From Raillietiella orientalis (taxonomy: Eukaryota), in NCBI GenBank assembly GCA_036172245.1, contig JAYWIR010000022.1, positions 1,054,001 through 1,118,000 on the forward strand: a stretch of DNA of 64,000 nt, written 5' to 3'. Both the position numbers and the translations under genes were made by a program. Shown piece by piece: positions 13,200-25,127 of the stretch (position 1 is the stretch's first letter; each line of letters starts with the position of its first letter). The notes beneath the pieces were generated by a model. The model ran no database searches. It saw only the letters and a list, made by a program, of their open reading frames with translations, and was not told the DNA's origin.

Positions 13200-14950
13200 T
13201 AGTTGTATCTTTTCGAAGTGTCCTAATGAGTTTGCAGAATGATGGAAGCTCTGATTCATTCACTGCCTCCCACGTCCTTCCAGCTTTTTTTTTTTTTTTC
13301 TCTTTCTCTTTCGTTTTCTTTCTGTTTTCGTGTTCTCTTTGTTTTGGTTTGCTAAGTACTCAAGAAGCGTTTCCTCGCTCCGTAGGGTTATCGGAGCGGC
13401 TCGATAGCGACGCCACATGGGAACTCACAAGGCTCTTCCACTGTCGCGCACCCCAGGCGCTCGCAGAGCAGGGAGGGGGGTTATCCAGAAGGGGCAACAC
13501 TGTGCTCCCTGGGAAGGACCCAATGGTTCCCGACCAGCTCAGCGGGGCATTCGTCCGCGAGCAGCCTCCTACAGATGCACGGCCCGAAGCGTGAGAGATC
13601 CCTGCTTCACCACCCGAAAACTCGAGGCCCACGACCCATGCAACTGGGCATCGATCCTTTCTGTGTATTCGAACCCGCGGCGCTCGGTGTCGCGCGCGGA
13701 CTCACGGCCGGCGCCGCCGGAGGGCTGGAATTTCCTAGAATCAGTGCGCATGTTTGATTACTTCACGACTTTTATGACGTCTTCATATTCTTATCAATCT
13801 TGTGGGGATCTCGTTCTTGTAGGAATCTTGCAGAGAGCTTGGTATAAATGGGTCTTGGGATGAAGTTCGTTGTCGGAGAACAAAGAACGCAACAGGCATA
13901 TGATCGAATTTGATCTCTTTGGGTGTTTGGAGTTTGCAGTGCATGGCAGATGAGGAGTCTGGGAACCGAACTCTTAAAGAAACATGGGGGGAAATAATCA
14001 GTAAAGTCCGAGGTGAGGCAGCAAATCAGTAGCTGCAAAAGATCTGCTCGCACAACCGCATTTTTCTTGGCTCCGAGGCGGCAGCGATTTTCGAATGCCG
14101 ATGCGCTTTGCCAGGTCGACTGCTGCAGGGACCATGTGTGATATGCAGGTATCCCCATTCGGAACTTTTCTTATTCACATATGACCTATTCAGAATCACC
14201 TTATGTGTTACGAGTACTTCGAGAAGAACGCTTCTAATCTGATCGCTACTCGTGCGGCAAACCTCTAAGGAGGCTGGAGGAACGGATCTACAGGATCGTG
14301 CCCCCCAGGCCGAACGCGTTCCGATGTAGCGCGGCCCAAGTCAAGAGCTCTTCATTTCCAAAGGCTCCAAGATCACTTGTGGGGATTCCAAATTATAGGC
14401 AAAATGTTTCGAACGAGGCGCGCGGAATTGACCTTCCGCAAAGATGACTTCTCCATTTGTTCCATTTTTCCGGCTTGCCGAAGAGCAACACTGTTTCTCG
14501 GATTCGATCCGCAATCCGCGAAATCCTTCTACTGCATCCTGGCAGTTGTCCTCGACATCGGCCAGAGGAGTGCCGAGGAGGGAAAGAAATTCCAAGTTCA
14601 AGATTATTATTAATTAATAGGGCATAGTCGACCTAGTGCATGGAAGCAGATGCAGCGATTATTAATTCTCATGAGATGATGTGCGCATGAAAGCCAGGAA
14701 AGTTTTCGACCTCCGAGTTTTCGCATCTGCGAGGCAGGCACGGAAGGCGGCGATGCCCACTTTCCTGTGCCTGCAACAGGCTGAAGCCGGGACTTTGCAT
14801 ACAGCGCAGCAGAGGAACTTCCATTCCTGGACGAGATGCCACTCGAGCCACTTGAGGAGTGCCGCGTGAGTAACGGAAGGCAAGGCACGGATTCTCTAGA
14901 GACGTAAGCGAAGGATGAGGTTACCTGGATTCGGTCATGCTTCGGGCAAG
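13200..14950 (+). pseudogene. Arrestin-like copy 10, interrupted by a SINE-like insertion
   Basis: IFSKCPNE before the insertion. After it: GDLVLVG, KFVVGEQ, LGTELLKKHGG, and RAELTFRKDDF ~ copy 16 RTELGLEKNEF. Confidence 0.65.
13275..13733 (-). mobile_element. tRNA-related SINE-like element (divergent subfamily)
   Basis: Minus-strand B-box GGGTTCGAATAC near 13665-13677; the A-rich tail and flanking sequence are shared with the 44.5 kb copy. Confidence 0.6.
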
Positions 14951-15419
14951 GGGGGTGGGGTGGCTCTACGCTTTCCAAATAGCAGCAGATTGACTTTGCT
15001 CACTGTGGTATCGCTTCAGATAATGCACCATCTGCAATGGAAACAAACGTTAATCCTTTATGCAAATAGCTGAAAAAATACATCGCGTCGCCGCGGGGAA
15101 ACCCAAAATGACCGCAGCACAGAGTGACACTCCTACGGTTTACTGAAGCACAAGAACGCTGATTGAGGATTAGTTGTTCGAAAGCACACCTGTTGACGTT
15201 ATGGACATAAAGGACTTAAAGTGTTGACATTTGAAATACTGTTAATTTTGCTACGACGCCTGAGATGTCATCTCAAGCACTCCTTAAGCGTTTGGTTGTT
15301 TTACTGCTGATCTGCCGTCGGCAAGTGATATCACAAAAGTGCTTCCTTTGATCTCATGCAGTGTAAAAATTATGAAGAAGACACAAAAATAAAGCGGTTG
15401 GCGAAAGGAGCACAAAACA

Positions 15420-16760
15420 TACGGTGGACGGATTGTACCAAGTTGCATCGCCGTCGGGTTACATGGGTTTCTGGATTCTTCATGACAACTTTGAGTGAAG
15501 AGCTGAACCCAAGCTGAACACCGCACGTTGACTCCACCTTGACCATTTCCAGAAAATACGAAACAACGATGGACAATTATACTCCTTTCCGTGACCACGA
15601 CTTTGCATTCAGAGTGTCGCCATGACCTATTCTATGAGAAAGCGTAGAGGGGGGCAAGCTGTGCTTCGCACTGACAGTTAAAAATCTACGCCTCATCTTG
15701 CCAAGGTTCCCTATCGGGTGCAGAGAAGACTCGGATGAGGTTGAGTTCTCCCCTGGAGGAAGCGCTACCACTCTTTCCCAAGATCCGAAGATTCCTCCAG
15801 AGGACTAAACGAGAACCTGTGGATGCGCGATAACCATTAGTGATGCGTTTTTTGCTCAAGGAGACCACTGTGCGGATATTCGAAGCTCCTCAAAAGGCAT
15901 CGTATCGAAGGATGCTGGGTTGAGTGCCAACAGAGTAATGTGCTAAAAGAGTTATGTCATCCACAGGGTGCGATTTCAGCTCCCGATGAGGTCATCGCGT
16001 TGCCCTCAGTTGTGGGCTCTCAGGTTCTCCATTAATGCAGATCCGATTACGTTCTTTGTTCCTTCGGTATCCTCCTGTCGCCATTGCAAGCAGTTCGAAC
16101 AAAGGACCATTGGGATTGCAGGCTCAAGTTCGCGTCACACGTGACCCATCATCGTGATTTGCAAGGCACTCACGTGCTCACTGACCTCTATGGAGCTTGC
16201 GAGAAACCATCTGCCGCTCCCTACTTTCCGTGTTACTGCTAGAATTCTGCAGGAACACGTCTAGTGATCTTGCAGGATTTGCTTTGTTTGCGATTCGCTT
16301 GTTTCAGATTCCCGGATCGGGATTGCTAAGCACCGCATCGTCCCGTGTCCATCGCGCTTGTTGATTCATGCAAAGTGCAGAGCAGATTCAGGGCAACAGG
16401 CACAGGAGGTCAGGATAAATCAACGCAAGGAAGCTGGGATAAAGACCGGACTGCGGAGATCCGGATGTCGAAAAATGTGGGCTTGTCAGTAACCTCACCA
16501 CGGTAACGAAGACACTGACTGCCCAGCCTCCAGCATGGGGGTATCCTTTTCGAGTTGCGCCCACGGCTGGGGTGAAGCATTCTCCGAGTGCTCCTCGACA
16601 GAATTGCACCAGCAGGTGGACAAGAGGTTGGCTTGCGGGATGATCGATGTTCGGCGCGACTTCCCCCTCTACCCTCCCGTCCACGTGCGATGAGAAGAGC
16701 CACCTCCGGCAGCTGTCTTCGCGGGAGATTTCCTCGAGGAGCGCCCCACCGCGGCAGCGC
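15420..16760 (-). pseudogene. Arrestin-like copy 11
   Basis: RVEGEVAP...LVHLLVQFCRG ~ PVDGVVLV...YVTLTCAFRYG; SLPPSTL...GV*LSIVVSYFLEM ~ NLASSTL...REILGIIVSYKVKV. Stops at 15805-15807 and 15577-15579. Confidence 0.7.
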
Positions 16761-17239
16761 GTCCTTCCGAAGAGTCGTCTGGATGGCAGAGCAAACTCTG
16801 GCGCCGGCTCCGCGGCACTGCAATTCGCCGGCTCCTATTTGGACAGCCGCTCTCCCGGTGCACGTCAGACATTTCATTCCGCCGCTGTTGACAAAAGAAT
16901 GGGTGTTTCCGCGACGAGCCTTATGAATTATTCAAGCCAGAATGGATCCAGAGCGCTCCGCTGACACGAGTTTTGTAAAATCAACGCAGGTGACAACATA
17001 TGGGCACAAAGATGTTTGCGGAGGGAAAAAGGATTAGCGAGATTCGACGGAAACCCGCGTTTCAAATCCATCTTAAACGATGGTATCCTACCAGCATCTC
17101 GAAATTCCAACGGAAAAAAAAAAAGAAGAGAGGAAGGAAGGAAGAATGGAATTAAAATAAGATGGAAAGAAATAAACTCGGTCCGATAGGAATAACAATA
17201 ATGAAAAGGATGATCTCCTGAAGGCCGAAAGCGATTTAA

Positions 17240-18300
17240 TTTTAGAAAAGGGATACATTTCAAGCCTCTTCACGTTTCTTCGTCCTACGCCGTTTCCATC
17301 TGCGCGCGTTCGCCCCGAACCTTCCCGCTTACGTTCGGCGGATCGAGGCAATCTTCAAGGTGCTTTTCTGCAGCCGAAGAAACTGCGGCAGGAGAAGGTC
17401 CGAGGAACAGCAAAGCGAAGGGAAGCAAACAGAGAAACAAAGGGAAAGGCGAGGATTTCCGAAGAGGAGGAGGAGGCGGTTCCAGCTTCCGATGTGTCTC
17501 AGGGATCGACGGATCGGCATCCGTCGGCCAGTGAGCTGGAGGTGGCAGGGACGCTAAACGATGCGTGTGTGATGGAGGGTCCCTCTCTCCCCCACGCGTG
17601 GTGCGCGCTCTTTTCGGGAAGGAAGCTCCGTCCCTTCGCGGCGGGCTGAGATCCCAGAAGTCCCCCCTCCCCTCCCCCCTGTGGCAGCGGAGGAGGGAAA
17701 CCCGGCCTCACCCGGCGCTCGGGCTGGCGCACGTCGCGCGAGAGAGCTCCCCCTTTTCGCGAGCGAGAGGACGAGCGGGCCGCTGCGAGGGCTGCTGGAC
17801 GTCTTTTCCGGGGAGAAGGGGTGGGGAGGAATAGGCAGCGTTTCCCGATCAGGAACTTGAGAATGGGCGGCACGCTTCCCGGGGAACGCCGTGCCGAACG
17901 GTCGAACAGGGAGCCGACGGCGGCTGCGACCGCAACCCGGGGGCGTCCCTCTGCCACGGACGGCGGTCAGGAAGACGCCAAGCGCCGGACGGAGCACAAG
18001 ACGAGGATCCCACCTCCATCCTCTTATCCCACCCTTTTCCTTGGGCACGACCAAAAGAACTAACCTTGCTTGCAAGCGGGCGCTTGCATCGGAACCACGC
18101 CCGGCGCCACCTCTTGGGAGAACGGGGACGAGACGCGCACACACGCAGCGGTGACCCGCAAGGGAGGCTATCGGCGTTTCGCACGCGCTGGGCAGGAGGC
18201 ACCGTGCGGGAGGATCCCGAGGGCGATCCGGCGAGAGCGGACTCCGCATCAGCACTGGGAGACTCTCCTGCCGACGGATACACTCGAAACCGGGGCGAAT
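17240..18300 (+). pseudogene. Arrestin-like copy 12 (3' extent uncertain)
   Basis: FRKG...PLHV and LQGAFLQPKKLRQEKVRG ~ FKKA...KLTV and VDGVVLVDPEYLKERRVYV. Confidence 0.5.
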
Positions 18301-19500
18301 TAAGCAGACGTGCGGGGGCGGAGGCAGCCGGACCCGATGGGAGAGGGGGGAGATTCTCCGATCGCATGCAATCTCAGTACCTGGAGACGAGGCATCCCAC
18401 TCCTCCACCTCCTCCCTTCCTCCTCCTCCTCCTCCTCCCTGCTCCCTCCTCCTCCTCCTCCACCTCCTCCCGATAGCGGACCTGCCGCCGAGGAAGGCAC
18501 GTTTGCGGAAGCAGTCTTCTTCTTCCCAGACGAGAGGGGAAGAGCTCCCGCCGCCACGGAAGCGCGCCAACGAACACACCGCGCGCCTTCGCGGAGCTGA
18601 GACAAAAATCCGCTCCACGCCTTGTCTTCGGAGACGTCGCGCAGGACTCCTGCAAACGGAGGAGGAGCGCGCACTCCAGACGGGTGCGAGGAAGGCGGGG
18701 GAGGTGTCGCGAGATCGACCCTTGGCACTTCTTGGAGGGGAATGCGCCCCCCCAAAGAAGTCGCCTTTCTTCCCCTGGCTCCCATCAGCGAGGCCGCTGT
18801 GCACCCTCCTTCCTTTTCCGCCTCCTCTCTCCCCCCCCCCCCCTCCCTTTAATCTCTCCCTTCCTGCCCGACCCGACTATTGGGCTCGCTCGCGACCACC
18901 TTCGTAGCCCCACGAGGAAGGAAAAGAAGGGAAAATCCCAACCATCCCGATTTCTCGTTCCCGGAGTTTCGCGAGAACGGCGGATGGTTTCCGTCGGTCC
19001 GGTGACGGTAACGCGTCGCGCGAAAGGGGGTGAGGAGAGGGCGCGTGGACTGATGCTCTGGAGGAGACGCGCTCTCGCGAATGCAGGAAAGGAAGGGAAG
19101 GCGAGCTCGTTCACAGGCCGCAGCGTAGCCGGCGTCCACCTCTTCGGATCGCTCCACCGCGGTGCGCCTCTCTGCTCCGACTCGACGTGCGGACGCCCCT
19201 TCCTCGGCGGGACTCCGGTCAGTCTGAGGAGCAAGAAGCGCGCGCGCGCTTTCCAGAAGGCACAGAGGTGACCACGTTGTCCGTCCTTTCACCCACTGGA
19301 TCCCCTGGACTCCCCTTCCCGCTCTTCCGAGCGCTCAACCGGCCTCTCGAATCTCCACGAGTGGGTGAGGTGGACCAGGGCAGACTGCAACACGGTGCCC
19401 GCTGCATCGTGTGGCATCGGTGAAACCACGACCGTTCCCCACGAAGGGGGGGAAGGGGGTGTCTGGGGCTGTCGAGAAGCCAGTAGTTTTTTTTTCGTTT
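17350..19500. other. GC/CpG-rich island with (CCT)n tract at about 18403-18470
   Basis: Visibly the most GC- and CpG-rich stretch apart from the minisatellite; many overlapping low-complexity ORFs. Confidence 0.7.
18960..19500 (+). pseudogene. Possible arrestin N-domain fragment (copy 13)
   Basis: VSVG...ARGLMLW...GRSVAGVHLFGSLHRG ~ VYLG...VDGVVLV...RRVYVTLTCAFRYG. Confidence 0.35.
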
Positions 19501-19739
19501 CCGGCACGACCTCGACGACGGTCAGGTCACTCGAAAAAAAAAAAAAAAAAAAATTCCCCAATGAACTTCGCCTTCCGCAAGTGATGGACCGTAACTCAAT
19601 AAGCCAAATATTGGGGTCGCAATTAGTGTCAAGAGGCGCTCTTCAGGAACCTCCGCGCTAACGGTAAGCAGGTACGAGTGGTACGAACGTGGCTCGCCCT
19701 GCTAAAATGAGATTACGTGCTGTGAAGGATTCGACCACG

Positions 19740-20395
19740 GAGCGTTCCCGCAAGTGAAAGTCTTCCTCGTCGGAAGGATGGCTTTCTCCGCACTCGATGC
19801 CCCGGCAGGAGAAAGATCTGGAATCAGGCGGGCAGGCACGCTTGACCAAAGGCTTCCCGTCTTGCAGCCTGGAAAGCCTGGTGCAAGCGACGGCATACGT
19901 GCCTGGTCGCCTCCGACAGCGCGAGGGGTGTGTGTTCGGAAAAGAACTTTCTCTCCCGCGTCCTGGTGCTTCAGCAGCTATCAGATGAGCTTGCCCGCCC
20001 ACTCAGCGTCTCCTCGCATGCAGCTCTTTCTCAATCCGTGGCGGCCAGCATACCGGTAGTCGCGCATTTCCCAAATGGAAACCCGTCACCCCCTGCTGTC
20101 TGCATCACACGCCTTGCTGGCACGGATCCACTCTGCTCGCCTGAGCTCCCGGATTAGTCAGTGTGCCCCCTACAAAAGCGCTTTTGTGGAGGCAATGGAA
20201 TGCCCACACCCGGTCGAGCTGGACAGCTCCAGCTCCGTGCCGTCTCCACTAATGGAGGTGGGAAGCTGGAAGGCAACCGTCTTTCGAAACTCCCAGATTC
20301 TCCGTGACGGCGAGGGAAGCCATGCTGCGCGAGTTCGGCGGGCTCCCGAAAGCCTCCTGCTGCGGCTCTGCAGGTGTCATGGATGCTCCGACTGA
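19740..20395 (+). pseudogene. Arrestin-like copy 14 (N-domain)
   Basis: VKVFLVGR ~ LTVYLGKR; TFSPASWCFSSYQMSLP ~ TFRKDLFVANVQSFP. ORFs 19754-20059 and 20075-20395 share a frame across a TAG. Confidence 0.45.
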
Positions 20396-20399
20396 AAAC

Positions 20400-21345
20400 T
20401 TTTCCTTCTCTTCTCGAGAGCAGCTGATTTCTGGTCCGCCTGAGCCGTTTCCGAATGAAAGCGTTCGGTTCTCGATGCACCTGCATCTTGGCAGACTCCT
20501 GAGAAGGGCTCCCTAGCGGAGATCAAAAAAATACACGCAACCGAAGGATCGCACAACACAATGGTCATTTCGATAAGGCTGTGGAAGAATAGTGGCTGCG
20601 GCAAGAATCGTTCGGTCCTTGTTGCATCCCCGGAGGAAGAGACAGCGGAGACTTCTTCAAAGTTCCTGATTTGTGGCTGTTTTATGTGCTTTCCTTCCCA
20701 GGTCCAGATAGATAGCTCTTGGACTGCTCTGCGCAAGGGGTTGGAATCAATATCGAGGCCTAGACCACAGCATCCCGGATACAGAAGGATGACAATGTAA
20801 TTAGAAAATGTGGAGTGCGCATGCAATCGATAGCTCGAACTGCAAACAGGTTTTGAAGATTGAAAGTTGAGTTGCCCTTCTACAAGATTTGGCAGTATTC
20901 TTAAGGGAGAAGCAGAAGCCAACTCTTTCATCTCTGAGTTTCTTTCCTCTAAATAAGTCTTCCTTACCACGAAGAGGAGCTGCCAACGACGATGCTTTTT
21001 TCAGACTTCTTTAGCCTTTTTCTTTAGCCTAATGTCAAAGATGTCAAAGACTTCCAGGATCTGTCCGCTGCGAGATCTTGGAGAGAGATACAAAGAGAAG
21101 GCCATGAAGTACTCCTCTGTGGTAGAGATCCATTCATCACTATCCCTGTGGAGGTAAAGTGGATGCTGCAGAAAGGCCTCTAAAAACAATTCCCTCGATG
21201 CATACCTGGGTCCGATATCAGAAATCCATGCGTCCGGACCACTGAATCTCGCCAATGAAGAGTTTTCTTTGTTCATGGGAAAAGGCTCCAGAAAATAAGA
21301 AACCCCCCCAAAAAAATGGCACATGGAATTTTTTAAACAGTTCTT
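20400..21345 (-). pseudogene. Arrestin-like copy 15
   Basis: LFKK; YASRELFLEA; YLHRDSDEWISTT ~ RYGREDLDVLGLT; FDIRLKKK ~ LQERLIKK; GKHIKQPQI ~ NKTVKKIKI. Confidence 0.65.
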
Positions 21346-21418
21346 TGTCAGATGATCAGTAGCCTGCAGGGGAAACTTGCAGTCCTTGTCGAGCCAGAGG
21401 TCATAACAATATCACAGG

Positions 21419-23720
21419 TCAAGGAGACACTTCTTTCACTTCATAAGTGCTCAGGAGGCTGAGAATGTCGGTTTCCATGAGGTCCTCAACCGTATTCACA
21501 GAATCGCTGATTATTTTGAACGGCACTCGGATGTCCGAGGCTCCGAGGAACGTACCGGTGGTCGTATTCGCCTGCACGTAGTAGCTGACTCGGAGGGGCT
21601 TAAGCTTACCCACAGTGGACTTGACTTCTGTGGTGTCTGAGAGGCGTAGGTCTTTCATTTTTTTCGGGATCGTTTGCACCGCCAACCACTTTCTCCATCT
21701 TGAGACCATCAGTTTGATTTCGAACCACATGTCGAAATCCTTCCCAGATTTGACGACCTGATAGAGGAGCGAGGAAGCGACACCGACGACGTTTTTTATT
21801 GTCTTCCTCGGGAAGGGCATACCAATTTCCTGAACGGCGAATATCTGGAAATGGATAAATCTAAACCTCTTAGATGACTGCCATGGCACATCGAAAGAAG
21901 AGCTGTCGCGTGGGCAGTGGACCCACGCAGGTGGAATGTGCAAGAGGGGGGCGCGCACACTAAAATCAAGACAGGATTTCGTCTTATCCTCTAGGGAGTT
22001 GCAAGGCATATGGGGGGAAGGGCTGGGATAGAACAGCGGAAGGGTTCACGAAAACGGGGTAGCAGCAGCGAGCAAGTACCGCAGAGGGGGTTCTCTCTTA
22101 CCAGCAGTGAGAATAAAAAAAATTCCCCCATCCCACCAGCACAGAACATGGTACGTCTTTTCTTGCCCACAGCACCGAGAGGTTCCTATGACAGCCTCTA
22201 CCACTTCGAAGTCTCATTAACTCTGCGTTGCTATCGCGAGTTCTTGTCGATGAACTCCGTGCACCTCGCTCCGGGAGCACCGGGAAGGAACAAAAGCCAC
22301 TTTCTTCCGTGACACGGAAACGGTCTTTGCTTCGAAGTAAGTACCCGCGGACCGATGGACCTGGAAGCGACGTGGAGCGAATGTCAAAAATCTAACGAAG
22401 GTTCTCGAGAAAGCGCCGTTGTGCAGCTCGCCGAGCTCTCGATCTTTTTTCGCGGCGAGAGCACGATATGCGCCACATCGTCGAAAGCAGGAAGGCAACA
22501 GGAAACCATTCTGGCTTGCTGATCTCATCGCCTCGTGAGCAAACCTGGGACGCTGAAAGCGCTTGTGAGGGAGACGAACTTTGTGATGATTCTTCACAAC
22601 TTGTTAATCTTTTACAAGTTCCGCCACTTACTCTTAAGACGTACACGTCCTTCGAGCAGCGGTTCACAATCCTCAACCGCACGTTAATGGTTTCGTCCAG
22701 CAGAAACTCATTTTTCTCCAGTCCCAGTTCTGTTCTGATCGTGCCTTTGTACAGGCAGACGCTTTTCATCTGGACCGTCGGTGGGAGAGCACTAGGGTAG
22801 GAATGCAGTTGGATGATCTCTATGGGGAAGTGCAAGATGATACTCCTGCGCCTCACCATCGGCAATACCGGAGGTTTGGACTCTGGAAAAGATTCCAGAA
22901 AGATTGTCGAACTCTGAAGCCATAGCAGAGAATGCCTGTCTGCCAATCAGTGAACAGTCAAAGATGCAACTGAAGGAAATGAGAGAAGGAAGAGAGAGAG
23001 AGAGAAGAGTGAACAATTGAAGAGTGAAGACAATCCATCCTTAGATCGCCAGTAGATTAATTCGATGTGGCATCCAGGAAGGAAAAAGGGAAGATAAAAC
23101 GAGAATAGGGAAAGAGGCGATCGGCGCCTAGAAACCAACACCTTCGTCTTCCACGAGGAGTCAACCCGAGTGAGTACACTGTCATCTTTGAACTTACGTA
23201 AGTATGCCTTGATGATGTACGATACTCCCATGTATGGGTACTGGAACTGCTCGCTTGAAATCAAGCACACGCTGAAAGGTATGGAGTCATCTATGAAAAA
23301 CGAGAAAGGGAGAACCATGTCTGAAAAAATCTTCTTCAGTAGGGTCTGAAACGAGAGTTCATCACTGAGTGGTAGGTTCGCGAGATAATGCGGGATCTTT
23401 CCCAGGTATAAAGGGAAAGGCGCGAAAGTCAAAGGATCACAGGAAGGCCTTAATTGACAAGGCGCTGCTTCGTCTCGACAGATTGAGCATGTAAGGATGT
23501 TTCCCACGATTTTGCCTGATCTTCACCGAAGCGAGCTCTCGCGGGCAGATTTCAAAACGATCCCCACCGAATCTCGCTATCAGTTCTGAACCCAGTTTTC
23601 CTCCCTGGTTAGTTGTGATGGAGAATCTCACTTCCTGAACGAGGGCATGTTCCTCCAGGACGCTGCCAAATTCCAACTTTCATCAACCGTTTTCCAAAAG
23701 ACGCTCCTCCACTCGAGAAG
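21419..23720 (-). pseudogene. Best-preserved spliced beta-arrestin-like gene (copy 16); probable 5' frameshift
   Basis: Stop-free exons: SFQTLLKKIFSDMVLPFSFFIDDSIPFSVCL...MGVSYIIKAY; RRSIILH...TELGLEKNEFLLDETINVRLRIVNRCSKDV; IFAVQ...LAVQTIPKKMKDLRLSDTT...LRVSYYVQ...DIRVPFKI, then TGA at 21419. Phase-0 GTAAGT...TTCCAG intron 22631-21845. SVFWK and LVQEV...KLGSELIARF lie in different frames near 23680. Confidence 0.85.
22110..22600 (+). pseudogene. Arrestin-like copy 17, nested antisense in the intron of copy 16
   Basis: ORF 22010-22312: KKNSP...NMVRLFL...YDSLYHFE...REFLSMNSVHL ~ KKASP NGKLTVYL...IDLVDPVD...PEYLKERRVYV. Confidence 0.55.
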
Positions 23721-24299
23721 AGGATCCACATTCTGCATGTGTTGTTCCTCGTCGGAACTACCGTCACGCGTCTTCGTGGGGTAGGAGAGAGTAGTAGTAG
23801 TGTAAGAAACGGCGCACCGCGAATCTCTGATGGCCGAATCATTATCCTCCCTCGAATGATTAAGACTAGCTGGCAAATCAATCTTTTCGGCTCAAAGGAG
23901 CGCCAATGTTTCTCAAGGAGGAGAGGGTGAGGTGGCTCAGGTGCTCTCGGAAGGCCGAAGACTTATCTTCACGAAAAGGTTTCTTTTCTCTGTCAAGCTT
24001 TTTTTTTGAAAAAAAAGAAAAAAAGAAAAGGAAAACATGGGCCTTTTGTGAAGGGCAACATGGAGAGGAAGAGAATTAAGCGAGAGGGACCGGGAAAAAC
24101 GACCGGAAGAAGGAACTCGCATGGCACATTAATAATGCTCGCCCTCCCAATCAATTAGCTCAGCAAATTCGTTATGCTTTAGCAGAGCAGCTATTTGCAC
24201 GGATCCCAGGGATCACGGAGGCAGCTGTTCAAGCACGAAAATAGAAGACGGGAGTCCCGTGGAGGAGCAGCCAGAAAATTCTTCCGAAAGATCCCTAGA

Positions 24300-25060
24300 A
24301 AGGAAAGTGAAGGGCTGAGGAGGAGCGAGGGAACGTTTTCTTCGGCTCCAGCTGAAGAAGTCGCTTCAGCCTGGGCTCCGGAGAAACCACAGAATCTCCG
24401 AGAGCTCTGAAAAGTGCTTCTCGATGCAACCATGATCCTCAGTTGGGCATGAACGATGCGCATTGCCAGCCACCAGCGTCCCCTGATGATGCTGTCTGAA
24501 CGCGGTCAGTTTAAAAATTTCAGGAAGAATCCTTAGGGGGAAACGATCAAGGAGATGCTACGACAGAATGAAATCTCTGAGGATGTCTTGCAGTTCACCA
24601 CTGCAACACCGATCTCGCTTTTTTGCGTGATTCAGAAATTGGATCAAATCCTTATGAGCTTTTCTTCCTTTAAATCTAGCCTGTAGCCCACGTGCAACTT
24701 CTTCCCTCTTAGTTCATGCATCCAGGTTTCTTCTCTGATGGAAAAACTTTCACACGATCAAGCGACTCTGCTGCTTCGAGCTTCTTTACCATCTTCGCGG
24801 GGGAAAAGGCCTTGAAGACCTCTTCCAGGATGCAACTAGCGAGCAGTAAGCCATAATCCCTTCACTACTAAACAGTGGGAGAAGCTGAAACGTTGTATCC
24901 AGGGAACGAATATTCGCAGGGAAAGATAGAAGGGATCAAGTGTAGGTGGAAGGATCTTCGAGATGGAAGCGAATCCGCACAGCTCCGCAGTCTCTGACGA
25001 ACTGCTGCGAGCTTATCACGGAGCTTGAAAGAGCTTTTATAGACTGACGAGCATTCCGTG
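24300..25060 (-). pseudogene. Arrestin-like copy 18
   Basis: SVYKSSFKLRDKLAAV...CADSL ~ RVFKKASPNGKLTVY...FVDHI; AKMVKKLE ~ ERLIKKLG. Confidence 0.5.
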
Positions 25061-25127
25061 CGTGTCATCGAGGTGACCAGAGAGCGAGAGCAAGATTCAC
25101 AGGACCCCGCGGTTGCGGACACTTACT

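Noticed and set aside
17554..18804. 416-aa minus-strand ORF
   Set aside because: Low-complexity R/G/P/S-rich translation in a GC island with several frames open; likely spurious
25036..25042. TATA box on the minus strand
   Set aside because: It coincides with the codons for YKS in the VFKK-like motif of copy 18
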